This document shows, piece after piece, positions 28,249 through 38,216 of a DNA stretch of 64,000 bases. Made by a program: the position numbers and the translations under genes. The stretch lies in assembly GCA_000092065.1 (NCBI GenBank), contig CP000581.1. One strand, given 5' to 3'. A model generated the notes under the pieces. That model was not told the origin of the DNA. It saw nothing but the letters and a program-made list of their open reading frames with translations, and did no database searches. How positions within the stretch are numbered: the stretch's first letter is position 1; each line of letters opens with the position of its first letter. This DNA is from Ostreococcus lucimarinus. Its lineage: Eukaryota.

Positions 28249-29841
28249 TTAACTCGCGTCATCGGGTAAGCCAATGATTGCTTGTTTCTCCGCCGCCGTC
28301 TTCTTTTTCTGCACTGAAGTGTGCTTCTTTCGAAGTGTTTGCTCATCCATGTGGAAATCCTTCGGCCAAAGCTCCACAACTTCTTTCCACACCGCGCCGG
28401 CGGTTGCCTTGGAGGTTGCAAAGAAGATACGCACGAGCGTGACGAACATGAGCTCGGCGATTTCCTTCGTCCATTCAAATGTGTAGCTCTCAGACGTCGC
28501 CACTCCTGTTTTGATTCGTTCAGACTCGCGAATCGTTTCGCACTGCTTATCGACCAAAGCCTTGATCTTTGCAAACTCCGCAGCTTTGCCATCGACTATC
28601 TTCTTCCTCGCCTCGGGATGCCTCGGGTCGGTCACGTCAAGGTTGGCGGCGCCACGGGAAGCCGTGGCGTTGGAAGATTTTGTCTTTTGCGAGGAAGAGT
28701 TGACAACCGCAGCCGCGTGCTGCGAACGCCTGGGCGTGCTCAAACCATCCTCTTCACCTTCCTCCTCCTCTTCGTCGTCGTCTGTTTCCTTGACATTCAT
28801 CATCGATGGTGGTTTAGGTGGCACCTTCGGGATGACGATGTCGATCCCGAGCGCCTGCAAATCCTTCTCCATCGCGTCCCATTGTTTGCGCATGCGATGA
28901 GTCGAATACGACTTCAGCTCGGGGTACTCGCCACAATCAAGGATCATCTGCCATCTTTTACCGTACGTCGTCACCGCCTTTCGAAGCGTTTTCTTGGTCT
29001 CCTCCGTCCATTCCACCATCTTGGCTGGCGCCGGCTTCTCCTTCTTCGCCGGGGGTTTGTCGTCAGACGTCATCGCCACATGCTTCACGGGAGTTCGCCC
29101 CTCTTCATCGACCTTTTGCAACTCGCCCTTATTGATGAAGAATCCACTATGTTTGGTTTTTAAGCCATCGTCTTCAAAGTACTCATCCAGTTCGTCGTCG
29201 TCGATGAAATCGTCGTCGACGTCGTACCAGTCCACGTCTCTCTTTCTCTTCGCCTGTTTCTTCTTCTTCGCCGGTTTCCCTTTCTTTTCCTCGGACGACT
29301 TCGCCGCAGGAGGCTGTTCAATACGCTGCGTACCGTTGGGCGTCATCGTCGGCTTATCATCCGGGTCCTCCATTTCACTTCCGGAGTCCTCCTCGTCTCC
29401 GCTCTCTCCGAGCTCGTCGTCGTCGCCCTCGCCTTCTTCACCACTCTCACCCTCTTCATCGCCCTCGTCGTCTTCGTCTTCTTCAGAATCCTCCTCTGAC
29501 CCGTCCTCGTCGTCGTCCTCTTCATCATCGCTCGACGCGTTCCCCGGTCCACCTTGATACAGCGCCTCGATTCTTCGAATCACCGCCGCCATGTGTCCGC
29601 CCCCGCCCGCGCCGCCGCTCTCCAACAAAGATTTCGGCGATTTCATCGCCGCCTCGCTCGCCGTCGCCGTCGCCGACTTCTGCTTCGCTTCCTTCTCCGC
29701 CGACGCGCGCGTCTCCCCGCTCTGCTCCCTCAACAGCTTTTTATAATTCACGCACGGCACGTCTTCGCCGTCGACGTCGAGCAGCTGCACCAACCGCCGC
29801 GGCGCCGCCGGGCTCCCCCCCCCTCGTCTCGCCGGCGTCAT
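28249..29841 (-). CDS. Acidic nuclear protein with HUN-like (HPC2/ubinuclein) and Myb/SANT-like motifs, hypothetical
   Basis: Long D/E tracts (SSDDEEDDDEDGSEEDSEEDEDDEGDEEGESGEEGEGDDDELG), K/R-rich NLS-like KKGKPAKKKKQAKRKRD, then DWYDVDDDFIDDDELDEYFEDDG resembling the HUN motif, and WTEETKKTLRKAVTTYGKRWQMILD...YSTHRMRKQW resembling a SANT/Myb helix. Tentative. Confidence 0.4.
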   Translation of the reverse strand: MTPARRGGGSPAAPRRLVQLLDVDGEDVPCVNYKKLLREQSGETRASAEKEAKQKSATATASEAAMKSPKSLLESGGAGGGGHMAAVIRRIEALYQGGPGNASSDDEEDDDEDGSEEDSEEDEDDEGDEEGESGEEGEGDDDELGESGDEEDSGSEMEDPDDKPTMTPNGTQRIEQPPAAKSSEEKKGKPAKKKKQAKRKRDVDWYDVDDDFIDDDELDEYFEDDGLKTKHSGFFINKGELQKVDEEGRTPVKHVAMTSDDKPPAKKEKPAPAKMVEWTEETKKTLRKAVTTYGKRWQMILDCGEYPELKSYSTHRMRKQWDAMEKDLQALGIDIVIPKVPPKPPSMMNVKETDDDEEEEEGEEDGLSTPRRSQHAAAVVNSSSQKTKSSNATASRGAANLDVTDPRHPEARKKIVDGKAAEFAKIKALVDKQCETIRESERIKTGVATSESYTFEWTKEIAELMFVTLVRIFFATSKATAGAVWKEVVELWPKDFHMDEQTLRKKHTSVQKKKTAAEKQAIIGLPDDAS

Positions 29842-30700
29842 CCCGCCCGTCCCGGTCGCGCGCGCGTCGTCCCCCTCCTCTTCCCTCGCCTTCCTTCACG
29901 CCGCGCGCGTCCCGCGCCTCGCCTCCGATCCACCCGCGCGCGTCCCGCGCCTCCGCTAAGCGCGCGCCCCGCGCGTTTCAAACGGATGCGCGCACGAATC
30001 GATTCACGCGGAGCGTCCCCGACGCGCCTGGCGCGCGCGCGCGTCGTCTCGATCCGTCGCCCGCGTCGTCGCGGTTTGCGGCGTCGCGCGCGCGTCGTCT
30101 CGATCCGTCGCGCGCGTCGGTCGTCGTCGGTCGTCGTCGGATGTCGGACGTCGTCGGATGTCGGATCCGTCGTCGGCCGGCGTCGAGTGGCGTCGCGCGA
30201 TCGACGCGATATCGGCGCGTCGCGCGACCGACGCGATATCGGCGCGACGGCGCGGGACGGGACCGGCGACGCGATATCGGATATCGGCGCGGCGCGGCGC
30301 GGTCGCGCGCATGGGTGTACGTGTATCGTAAATACGCCTAAAGCGGCCGTATTCGAACGCATCGATGCGGGATCGCGCGTCCACGATCGATCGCGGTCGC
30401 GTCGCGCGCGCGGGCGCGCATGCATTGATTATGGGTGTACGTGTATCGTAAATACGCGACCGCGGCCGTATTCGAACGCATCGATGCGGGATCGCGGATC
30501 CCGGATAGATCGCGGGCGCGTCGCGCGCGCGGTCGCGCATGCGTCGATTATGGGTTTACGTGTATCGTAAATACGCGACCGCGGCCGTATTCGAACGCAT
30601 CGATGCGCGATCGCGCGTCCACGATGGAGCGCGGGCGCGTCGCGCGCGCGGTCGCGCATGCATCGATTCGTGCGTTCGCGACGGGGCGATAGAGTCGGAC
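29842..30700. repeat. Repeat-rich intergenic/promoter region with nested short direct repeats and 3 x ~119-bp tandem units (30301..30665)
   Basis: Unit: GCATGCATTGATTATGGGTGTACGTGTATCGTAAATACGCGACCGCGGCCGTATTCGAACGCATCGATGCGGGATCGCG...CGCGGGCGCGTCGCGCGCGCGGTCGC, repeated at about 30308, 30428 and 30547 with few substitutions; each carries the perfect palindrome CGCATCGATGCG and TTCGAA. Upstream: duplicated GCGCGCGTCGTCTCGATCCGTCGC (30041-30115), GCGATATCGG x4 (30200-30290), CGCGCGCGTCCCGCGCCTC x2 (29905-29955). Confidence 0.85.
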
Positions 30701-30703
30701 GCG

Positions 30704-31490
30704 ATGGACGCGACGTGCGCGCCGCCGCCGGCGAGACCGAATTGCGATTGCGGTGCGCGCGACGCGACGCTGCGCGACGCGACGGGACGCGGGACGACGC
30801 GACGACGACGCGCGGGCGATCGAGGGTCGAGGGCGCGCGGTCGAGGGCGGGATCTCGACGGCGCGCGAGCGACGGCGCGCGGGACGCGCGCGGGACGCGG
30901 GCGACGGCGACCGCGCGATCGGGGAGTGGGGAGACTGACGGATGCGGTGATCGCGCGCGAGAACAGCGGTGTGCGTGCCGAAGGCGCTGAAAGATGGGGA
31001 TTACGACGCCTCGCTCAAGGGGCCGACGAGCCCGTTTCAGCCGTACAAGCTGGTGAAGGTGGAGTTGGACGGCACGCGAAGACCGCTGACGGCGCAGGAG
31101 CTGAACGCGCTCGAAAAGTCGAATCCGACGGTTTGTGAGTGGCAAACGCCGCTCAGTCAGGCGAAGCGGATGTGGCAGAAGACGTGCGCGGGGATTTTGA
31201 AAAAGTTGTTTACGTACAAAAAGTTGGCGTGGCCGTTTACGGAGCCGGTGGATTGGGAGGTTTTGAACATCCCGGATTACCCGGTCATCATCAAGCATCC
31301 CATGGACTTGAAAACGATCGAGTCGAAGTTGCACGACGGGCACATCGAAAGCCCTGATGAGTTTGTCGCCCTCGTGCGCACGGTTTTCCGTAACGCGTAC
31401 GTGTACAACGCGGTGGGCGATCCCAGCGGCGTTCGCGAGTGCGCGGAGAAGCTCTCGCAAATTTTCGAGAAGGAACTCGCCAAATTGTAA
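30704..31490 (+). CDS. Small bromodomain protein; join(30704..30752,30967..31490)
   Basis: Exon 2 encodes a BET-like bromodomain (ILKKLFTYKKLAWPFTEPVDWEVLNIPDYPVIIKHPMDLKTIESKLHDGHIESPDEFVALVRTVFRNAYVYNAVGDPSGV). The ORF-track start is a GTG; a Cys-rich micro-exon ATGGACGCGACGTGCGCGCCGCCGCCGGCGAGACCGAATTGCGATTGCG (MDATCAPPPARPNCDC + 1 nt) followed by GTGCGC...GAGACTGACGG...GAACAG| joins in phase 1 to give ...CDC-A-VCVPKALK. Confidence 0.65.
30753..30966 (+). other. intron (bromodomain gene), 214 nt, phase 1
   Basis: Donor GTGCGC at 30753; branch GACTGACGG about 30 nt upstream of acceptor AACAG at 30962-30966. Confidence 0.55.
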
Positions 31491-31567
31491 TACGAAAATA
31501 GAAGAAAATAGAAGAATGATGGCTACATCTCGTACTGCCGTGCTAATTTACTAAAACTACTGCGTTA

Positions 31568-34500
31568 CTACTGAGCGCCGGCGACGTAGAGCGACGCGCT
31601 GAAGACAATGTCGCGTTTAATCGCCGCGCTCGCTTCTTCCATTTTCGCGAACAAGGTGCTATCGCCCATGATTCTCGCCGCGTTCCTCACGTCGCGGCAC
31701 ATTTCATCGAGTCGAACGATGGTGCGAACGACGCTTCCCTCTTGCACGTCGGTGAGCTGACAGATGTCCGCGAACGGCGTGCCGCGCGCCCACTCGTAGA
31801 CGACTTCGGATAAACCAAAGCGCATGGTCGTCTCTACGAATTCATCAGGCGCAATCGGTAGACCATGTGCCATCTGTATCTCGCCGGCGGCAAACGCTAG
31901 CTCTTTCGCGCGATCACACGCCGCTTTGAGCGAGCCTTCGAGGTTGGGCGGGGAAGCATTCTTTTCTTGAAAGACGAGCGCCGCGAGAAGCGCCACGGCT
32001 TCCTCTGAAGGTATATCCGTGAGCACGCCCGCAAATATAATTTCTGTTCCGACGAGCTCGTCCCCAGTGGCAATTTCACACGCCACGCGACCTTTCAACG
32101 TCACCGTCCTGTTTTCGTCGAGATAGCCCATGCGCTGGAGCACAGCGACGCGCGCTTCAAAATCGGGCATTTGGAGCAAGTTTGCGTCTGACAATCCGAA
32201 CTCCAGCTCGGCGACACGAGAAGTGAGAACATGTTTTGCTCGCAGCAACGCCGACCATTCACGAAGTTTCTGCGCCGATGCGACCGGTCTCGGGGGCAAG
32301 CTCTTCACCAAGTCGGCGTGATGCTGACAAGCTTCCACGGTGACGATGTCTTGTATCTTCAAATCCTTGAGCGGGTGGAGAGCTTCAAACGAGGTCTCAC
32401 TCGACAATTTCTCCATCGATAGGAGCGCTCGAGAAGTCGCCGCTACGTCACCACTACCATCTAGTATTGCGTCCGCTTCTACGCTCAACCGACTAGTCGT
32501 GATAGCGAGTATCGCGGTCTCAGGAACGCTCGCGACAATGTAATCGATGCCGCCCGCTTGTCGAAACCACGGAAGGCCGTCGGGCATTTTATTTGAGGTC
32601 GTGCCACCGCGCTTACCTCCGCCGGCGGACTTCTTGGACATGCCGAAGAAATCATCGTCGTCATCTTTGTCCTTACTATTCATGGACTTCATCGCCGTGG
32701 GTGCGTTGTCTCGGGCAGCGTCTTCAGCTTCGGCGACACCTTTGGAGGCATGGCCTTCAGGACACGAAACAAGAACCACGAAAGACTTTCCATTCGTCGC
32801 AGAAGTCACCACGCGCAGGAGCACGCAATGTTTTGCGACACCACCTCTTGGTAGTCCGTCCACACTCTCACCTCCCTCGCCTTCAGGAGCGACGAGCAAG
32901 ACCCTTCCCGGGCTGAGTGCGTTTTGCGCCCCTCGACTCGTCATGATGGCTTCTCTCACGTGCTCCACGCTTCGTGCAATCTCTCTCGCATGGTCGTCCC
33001 AATGAACGGCTTTCTGCCATTCATCCGGTGAAAACTGCGCTTCAGTTTGCATGAGCGACTCTACTTTGCGAAGAGCAGCGGTGTCGATAGCGAGATCGCC
33101 TCGTCGATCTATGACGCTGCGCTGTGCATGGAATTCGGCAAACGAGCGCGCGAGCATATCCTCGACGCGCAAGTCCTCGACTCGCATGAGGTTGAGAATC
33201 ATGCCGTACGTCAATCGGAACTGTGACTGCAATTTCGTTGCTTGACCCGACAGCAACTGACGAAGCTCAAGTTCTGGAGGAAAGTTCTCCCAAGCTGCCA
33301 AGATGACGGTGCCGACTGTGTCGAGGCCTCGACGTCCAGCGCGGCCAGCCATTTGCGTATATTCACCACTTAGAAGACCTCTGAAATCTTGCCCGTCATG
33401 TTTGCGCAGACTTTGGAAGCACACACAACGAGCTGGAGCGTTTACACCCATCGCAAAAGTTTCCGTGCAATAGAGAACTTTAAGCAAACCACGACAAAAC
33501 AACATCTCGACAATCTCCTTGACGATTGGCAGTAGACCAGCGTGATGCACGCCGAGACCTCGACGAAGGAGTTCGCGCACGCGAAGGACTTGCGGTAACT
33601 TGCGGTCGGTGACGGATAATCGACTCAGCGCGCGTTCACAAAATACGTGGATTTCGTGCTTCTCAGAGCTTGATGTGAGATCCATCGACGTCAGGCTGTC
33701 GACGAGAGTGTCGCATCGTTTCTTGCTAAACGCAAATACAACCATGGGTAGTAGTTCTCGACGTTCAAGATTGCGAATGAGCTCTACCCACATATTCTTA
33801 TCGCGCCCAGCGTTGGGTCCAAACGAGCTTCCTCGTCCACCGGTGACGTTTTGGGTTCCTCCGCGCCCGCCCACTCGGCCTCCTCGCCCTTGTTGGGCTC
33901 CACCACGGCCGCCCCGTCCGGCGAGCGCGGTTTGTTTCGCAGCTTGCGCATTTGCTGGTGTTGCCGTCGTCGTTTTGTTACCAAGTAGCTTCTTTTTGTG
34001 CGCATCTGACGCGACTTTATACCCAGTCGGCAAGAATGCTTCGTGCTCTCCGACCTTGTAAAAGTCCTTCTCCTTATCGCCTCCGAAGTAGATGCAGTGT
34101 TCGAGCGGCACAGGTCGCTTCTTCGTTCCCGTGACGAATATTTTCTTTCTCTTCGTTCTTCCAACCCAATCAGCAAACTCGAAAACGTTTGGTACCGTGG
34201 CAGACAACAAAATCAAACCAACGTGCGCGGGAAGCATGATGATGACCTCTTCCCACACGACACCTCTCTCGGCGTCATTTACGTAGTGCACCTCGTCAAA
34301 GATAACCCATTCGACGTCGCGTATCAGATCCGCGCCTCGATACAGCATACTCCGCAAAATTTCCGTCGTCATGATGAGACAAGCCGCTTCTGGTTTGATG
34401 GAAACGTCACCTGTCAACAGGCCGACGTCGAACATCTTCCCAAAATCTCTAAACTTTTGGTTGCTAATCGTCTTGATTGGAGACGTATAGATGGCGCGCG

Positions 34501-35737
34501 TGCAGTGTTTCGTAGCCAGCGCAAAGGCGTATTCCGCAACCACGGTCTTGCCCGCGGAAGTGTGCGCTGCAACGAACACATTCTCGGACTTTTCCAAGTG
34601 GACGATGGCTTCTTTCTGAAATAAATCGAGTTCGAATGGGAAATCGTGCGCCGGTTCGGGTACCTCGCGTCTATACGCTTCCTGAACGTCGTCAAATCTC
34701 TCCATGACGGCCCATGTCTCTCCTTTCTTCTTCCTCGACTTACTTCGCCTTCGAGCCGCAATAATGGATTTTGTGCCGTTCAGTAATGCCTCGACTTCGG
34801 CTTCGCCTTCGAGCGTGACTTCGTCGACCGCTTCGCCGTCCTCTTCCGTTTCGTCCTCCGTTTCGTCCTCCGTGTCATCCTCCTCGCTCGATGATTCCTC
34901 CGGTCGAACAGCGCCGCGAAGCGCATCGATGAATAAATCGTCGTACGACATCGGTAACTCTTCATCGTCCATCACTGTCAGCTTTTCAAGCTCGAGCTCC
35001 ATTTGCTCCATGCCACTGTCTAAATCAAACATTTCTCGCATCCCGTGCAGCGTGTTTGGTAGAGTCGACGCTGAGAGATACGTCCCCGCTTCAAACTCTT
35101 CCAACCACGCCTTTCCCGCGCGACTCGCCAGCTCCATACGCTTTGCCGCGCTCTCTCGCGCGGCTGCGTCCCATCCTTCTCCTCCCGGCGTGAACGGCAC
35201 TTGACTAAACGAACCTCGCACGAAATCGCTCTGCGGCGCGGGCGAACGCGCCAACGAACTCGAATCTCCAGCCCCACCTTCGGCGAGAAGTTCGACCTCG
35301 ATCCAATCCGTCGTCGCCAACGTCTCCCCTCGCGCTTGTCGCTCGGCCCAATCCTTTGACGGCGTCGGCGTCGAGTGTGCGTCGTATGCGTCCACGTCGT
35401 ACGGCGTCGGCGTCGGCGCGCGCGGAAGCACCGCCGCCTCCGCCTCGCTCGGCTCTGCGCCCGCGCAGTGCGCGCTCAGCTTCACGCGGGCCATCATCGA
35501 CGCGGACGCAATCAGGGCGTCATCCAGTTCGCTCGCGCGCCGCGCTCGCGCGTCGTGCGCAGCGCCGTCGTCGTTCGGGACGACGGTTGGGTCAAAGCGG
35601 AGCGCGCGCGCGGGGACGCGTTCGACGGCGTCGACGTCCGCGACGTCGTCCTCGTCCACGACGACGATGCGGACGTCACCGCTCGATGTGGGGACGAGGG
35701 CCACGCGATCACCGACGCCCTCGACGAGGAGTCGCAT
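31568..35737 (-). CDS. SKI2: SKI2-type DExH-box RNA helicase (cytoplasmic exosome cofactor, SKI2/SKIV2L-like)
   Basis: 1389 aa; helicase motifs AHTSAGKTVVAEYA (I), DEVHYVND (II), LSATVPN (III), FAMGVNAPARCV and QMAGRAGRRG (VI); arch/insertion and C-terminal DSHCT-like region (GSVVRTIVRLDEMCRDVRNAARIMGDSTLFAKMEEA). The long N-terminal extension is typical of Ski2 as opposed to Mtr4. Confidence 0.85.
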   Translation of the reverse strand: MRLLVEGVGDRVALVPTSSGDVRIVVVDEDDVADVDAVERVPARALRFDPTVVPNDDGAAHDARARRASELDDALIASASMMARVKLSAHCAGAEPSEAEAAVLPRAPTPTPYDVDAYDAHSTPTPSKDWAERQARGETLATTDWIEVELLAEGGAGDSSSLARSPAPQSDFVRGSFSQVPFTPGGEGWDAAARESAAKRMELASRAGKAWLEEFEAGTYLSASTLPNTLHGMREMFDLDSGMEQMELELEKLTVMDDEELPMSYDDLFIDALRGAVRPEESSSEEDDTEDETEDETEEDGEAVDEVTLEGEAEVEALLNGTKSIIAARRRSKSRKKKGETWAVMERFDDVQEAYRREVPEPAHDFPFELDLFQKEAIVHLEKSENVFVAAHTSAGKTVVAEYAFALATKHCTRAIYTSPIKTISNQKFRDFGKMFDVGLLTGDVSIKPEAACLIMTTEILRSMLYRGADLIRDVEWVIFDEVHYVNDAERGVVWEEVIIMLPAHVGLILLSATVPNVFEFADWVGRTKRKKIFVTGTKKRPVPLEHCIYFGGDKEKDFYKVGEHEAFLPTGYKVASDAHKKKLLGNKTTTATPANAQAAKQTALAGRGGRGGAQQGRGGRVGGRGGTQNVTGGRGSSFGPNAGRDKNMWVELIRNLERRELLPMVVFAFSKKRCDTLVDSLTSMDLTSSSEKHEIHVFCERALSRLSVTDRKLPQVLRVRELLRRGLGVHHAGLLPIVKEIVEMLFCRGLLKVLYCTETFAMGVNAPARCVCFQSLRKHDGQDFRGLLSGEYTQMAGRAGRRGLDTVGTVILAAWENFPPELELRQLLSGQATKLQSQFRLTYGMILNLMRVEDLRVEDMLARSFAEFHAQRSVIDRRGDLAIDTAALRKVESLMQTEAQFSPDEWQKAVHWDDHAREIARSVEHVREAIMTSRGAQNALSPGRVLLVAPEGEGGESVDGLPRGGVAKHCVLLRVVTSATNGKSFVVLVSCPEGHASKGVAEAEDAARDNAPTAMKSMNSKDKDDDDDFFGMSKKSAGGGKRGGTTSNKMPDGLPWFRQAGGIDYIVASVPETAILAITTSRLSVEADAILDGSGDVAATSRALLSMEKLSSETSFEALHPLKDLKIQDIVTVEACQHHADLVKSLPPRPVASAQKLREWSALLRAKHVLTSRVAELEFGLSDANLLQMPDFEARVAVLQRMGYLDENRTVTLKGRVACEIATGDELVGTEIIFAGVLTDIPSEEAVALLAALVFQEKNASPPNLEGSLKAACDRAKELAFAAGEIQMAHGLPIAPDEFVETTMRFGLSEVVYEWARGTPFADICQLTDVQEGSVVRTIVRLDEMCRDVRNAARIMGDSTLFAKMEEASAAIKRDIVFSASLYVAGAQ

Positions 35738-35869
35738 CGCGAACGACGCGGCTGGCTGTGAGGTCGAGCGCGTCGGTTGTCAACGCCGAAGAGCGGAGCA
35801 TCGAGACATCGAATCGCTATAGTATTGAAAAAATAAATTGCGCGCGCTACGCGTGTGAAATAGTTACGC

Positions 35870-37357
35870 TCAAGTTTCGTAACGCTGCTCGCCGAGCAAG
35901 AAAACCTTGTCCGTTCTCGACAAGTCGTGTTCGAATCCGCCATGGCCGATGCGCTCCAGGGCGTCTGCAGGAGAAATATCGAGAAGTTCGTCGCCGAGAA
36001 GGGCGCGCCAGGTGTTGAGATCGGTGATTCCCGTTTCTGGTAAGCGATTACTCGCTTGGAAAGTCAGAAGAGCCGCGGAGGTGGTGCTACCGAAGTACCA
36101 ATACTCCATGTCCTCTTCGCCCGAATCGAAACCTTGTTCGGAGAGGATGACTTGCATCTTGTGAACTTCCATACCGCCGTCGTCTTCGCGAAGGACGGGC
36201 CACTTATGAGCACCTATTTTACCGTTCGTTTCGAATGAAGCGCCTTGAGGCGCACCTCGCTCGTCGTCGTGGCCAAAAGGATCGTAATCATCCGGGGCGT
36301 AGTCCTCTTCCGCCATGACATATTTCGGGTTCGCAGTGGCCGCTTCTGCTGCGGGCGCTTCTACCGAGGGCACCTTGTCCACGACCTCTGGAATCTTGCT
36401 CTCATCGAATGCGATCGCACCCGGTGGAGGTCCCCACTTGAATGCTTCTTCACCGAGCAATGCGCGCCACGTATCCGAATCCACGAGCCCAGTCTCGGGG
36501 ATCCCAGCGTTGGCTTGGAAATACAACAACGCGACCTTCGTCGTTTCGCCGAAGAACATATCCTCCTCGTCGTCTTCCCCGGCCCAGAATCCCGCCTCGT
36601 TTAATTTGTAGTGAATCGTCGTCATCAGATAGATGTCGTCGTCATTTTTCTTGACGAGCGGCCACTCCCCCGAACGATCCGTGCCGTCGCCTCTCCACTC
36701 GCTCACGTCGAGCACGGGCTCGACAATCGGTTCGCTCGCCTCCACATCCACCGCGCCTAACCCACCACCACCAACGCCAAGCATGGCCAACATATCCGCA
36801 TCACTCTTCTCTCCCTTCACGGCGTTCATGCTCGAGCCCGCGTCGAGCGTCCCTCCTCGCGTCGTCGCCGCTCGCACCTCCTCCTTCAGCTCCCGCACCT
36901 CCTTCGTCAACGACCGAATCTCTTTCAGCAGCTCCATCTGCACTTGCGCCGCATCCAAGACTATTTCTCCTCGCTCTTCGCGTATCTCCCGCAGTTCATT
37001 ATCGATCAGCGTGCGTTCGACGCGCAGGCGCGACGTCTCCACCAACGCCGCCTCCGCCGCGTCCCCAGCCTTCTTGAGAAATCCTCGAAGCTTCTTCTTC
37101 CCTCGCGCCACCACCGCGCCGCGCGGAGCGTCCGCGCGCGCGCGTCGCGACGGCGCGAGCGTCACCGGCGTCGCCCCGTCCGCGCGCGCGCGAAGGACGC
37201 AGCGCGCGCGCGGCGTCGCGGCGTCGCCGAATCCACGCCCGACGACGACGACGGCGGCGCGCGCGACGCCTCGAGCGCGCGCCGCGCCGCGCGACGACGA
37301 CGGCGCGCGCGCCGCCGTCGATCGCGTCGACGCGGCGATGGGCGCGCGCGCGCGCAT
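35870..37357 (-). CDS. Protein with two peptidoglycan-binding (PG_binding_1) domains and transit-peptide-like N-terminus
   Basis: Two copies of the PF01471-like pattern: ...HYKLNEAGFWAGEDDEEDMFFGETTKVALLYFQANAGIPETGLVDSDTWRALLG and ...VILSEQGFDSGEEDMEYWYFGSTTSAALLTFQASNRLPETGITDLNTWRALLG. N-terminus from internal ATG MRARAPIAASTRSTAARAPSSSRGAARARG is S/T/R/A-rich. Upstream ORF codons overlap the LRR gene on the other strand. Confidence 0.6.
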   Translation of the reverse strand: MRARAPIAASTRSTAARAPSSSRGAARARGVARAAVVVVGRGFGDAATPRARCVLRARADGATPVTLAPSRRARADAPRGAVVARGKKKLRGFLKKAGDAAEAALVETSRLRVERTLIDNELREIREERGEIVLDAAQVQMELLKEIRSLTKEVRELKEEVRAATTRGGTLDAGSSMNAVKGEKSDADMLAMLGVGGGGLGAVDVEASEPIVEPVLDVSEWRGDGTDRSGEWPLVKKNDDDIYLMTTIHYKLNEAGFWAGEDDEEDMFFGETTKVALLYFQANAGIPETGLVDSDTWRALLGEEAFKWGPPPGAIAFDESKIPEVVDKVPSVEAPAAEAATANPKYVMAEEDYAPDDYDPFGHDDERGAPQGASFETNGKIGAHKWPVLREDDGGMEVHKMQVILSEQGFDSGEEDMEYWYFGSTTSAALLTFQASNRLPETGITDLNTWRALLGDELLDISPADALERIGHGGFEHDLSRTDKVFLLGEQRYET

Positions 37358-37475
37358 GTCGGAAGACGACGCGACGCGACGAGAGCGCGCGTGACAATGC
37401 CGACACCGACGCGCTGCGCGCGAGACGTCGACGCGCGACGCGCGGACGACGCGTCGAGGCGTCGAGTCGACGGCG

Positions 37476-38078
37476 ATGACGCGGTCGAGCGCGATGCGCG
37501 CGCTCGCGCGCGCGCGCGCGCGCGTCGTCGCCGCGCGCGCGCGCGGTGGGAACGTTTCGTCGTCGTCAAAGTTCGCGTCGATGACGACGACGACGACGAC
37601 GCGCCCGAGCGACGACGTCACCGCGCGCACGCTGCTCGAGGCGAACGGCAAGCGATTCGACGTCGCGATGCCGCGCGGCGTGGCGCTGCAGGCGCTGTTG
37701 CTCGCGCGAAGCGACGACTTGAAGTGCGTGGACATCATGTGTCAGTGGGTGGGGGACGCGTGCGCGTGCAGGCTCGCGCGCGCGCTCGACAGGCGAGGGG
37801 AGGCGCTCAGGGTGCTGGATGTTTCTGGGAACAGGCTGCGCGCGCTGCCGAGCGCGGTGTGGGCGATGCGGGCGCTGGAGGTGTTGGACGCGAGCGACAA
37901 CGCGTTGACGCCGGCGGACGTCCCGTTCGACGATTTGATGGACGAGACCAAGGATGTGGCGCCGAATCTCAAGGTTTTGAATTTAAGGGGGAACGTGGCG
38001 GTGATAGATGGGTTAGAGGGGCGATTGAGAGAGGTCGTGGACGCCATGGCGCGTCGCGGCGTGAAGCTCGTGTTGTAG
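37476..38078 (+). CDS. Leucine-rich-repeat protein, small
   Basis: LRVLDVSGNRLRALPSAVWAMRALEVLDASDNALT...LKVLNLRGNVAV: consecutive LxxLxLxxNxL repeats. Confidence 0.5.
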   Translation: MTRSSAMRALARARARVVAARARGGNVSSSSKFASMTTTTTTRPSDDVTARTLLEANGKRFDVAMPRGVALQALLLARSDDLKCVDIMCQWVGDACACRLARALDRRGEALRVLDVSGNRLRALPSAVWAMRALEVLDASDNALTPADVPFDDLMDETKDVAPNLKVLNLRGNVAVIDGLEGRLREVVDAMARRGVKLVL

Positions 38079-38216
38079 TAAAGCGGTTAGCGTTTGATTA
38101 AACGTCATTCGTCGTCGCGCATGTCAGCGTCATCGCGTTGCGGTGCGCGAGCCGCCTCGACATCGTCGCCGTCGCGTCATCTCTCGCGTCGCCGCCCTTC
38201 GCGCGCGCGCGCGTCG

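Noticed and set aside
30301-30665. Possible CRISPR array (regular direct repeats)
   Set aside because: Units of about 119 bp are contiguous tandem copies with no unique spacers; eukaryotic context; no cas genes.
35935-35955. tRNA T-loop-like GTTCGAATCC
   Set aside because: Flanking bases do not form a T-stem or acceptor stem; lies inside the PG-binding-domain CDS. No convincing tRNA cloverleaf found anywhere by eye (not excluded without a proper scan).
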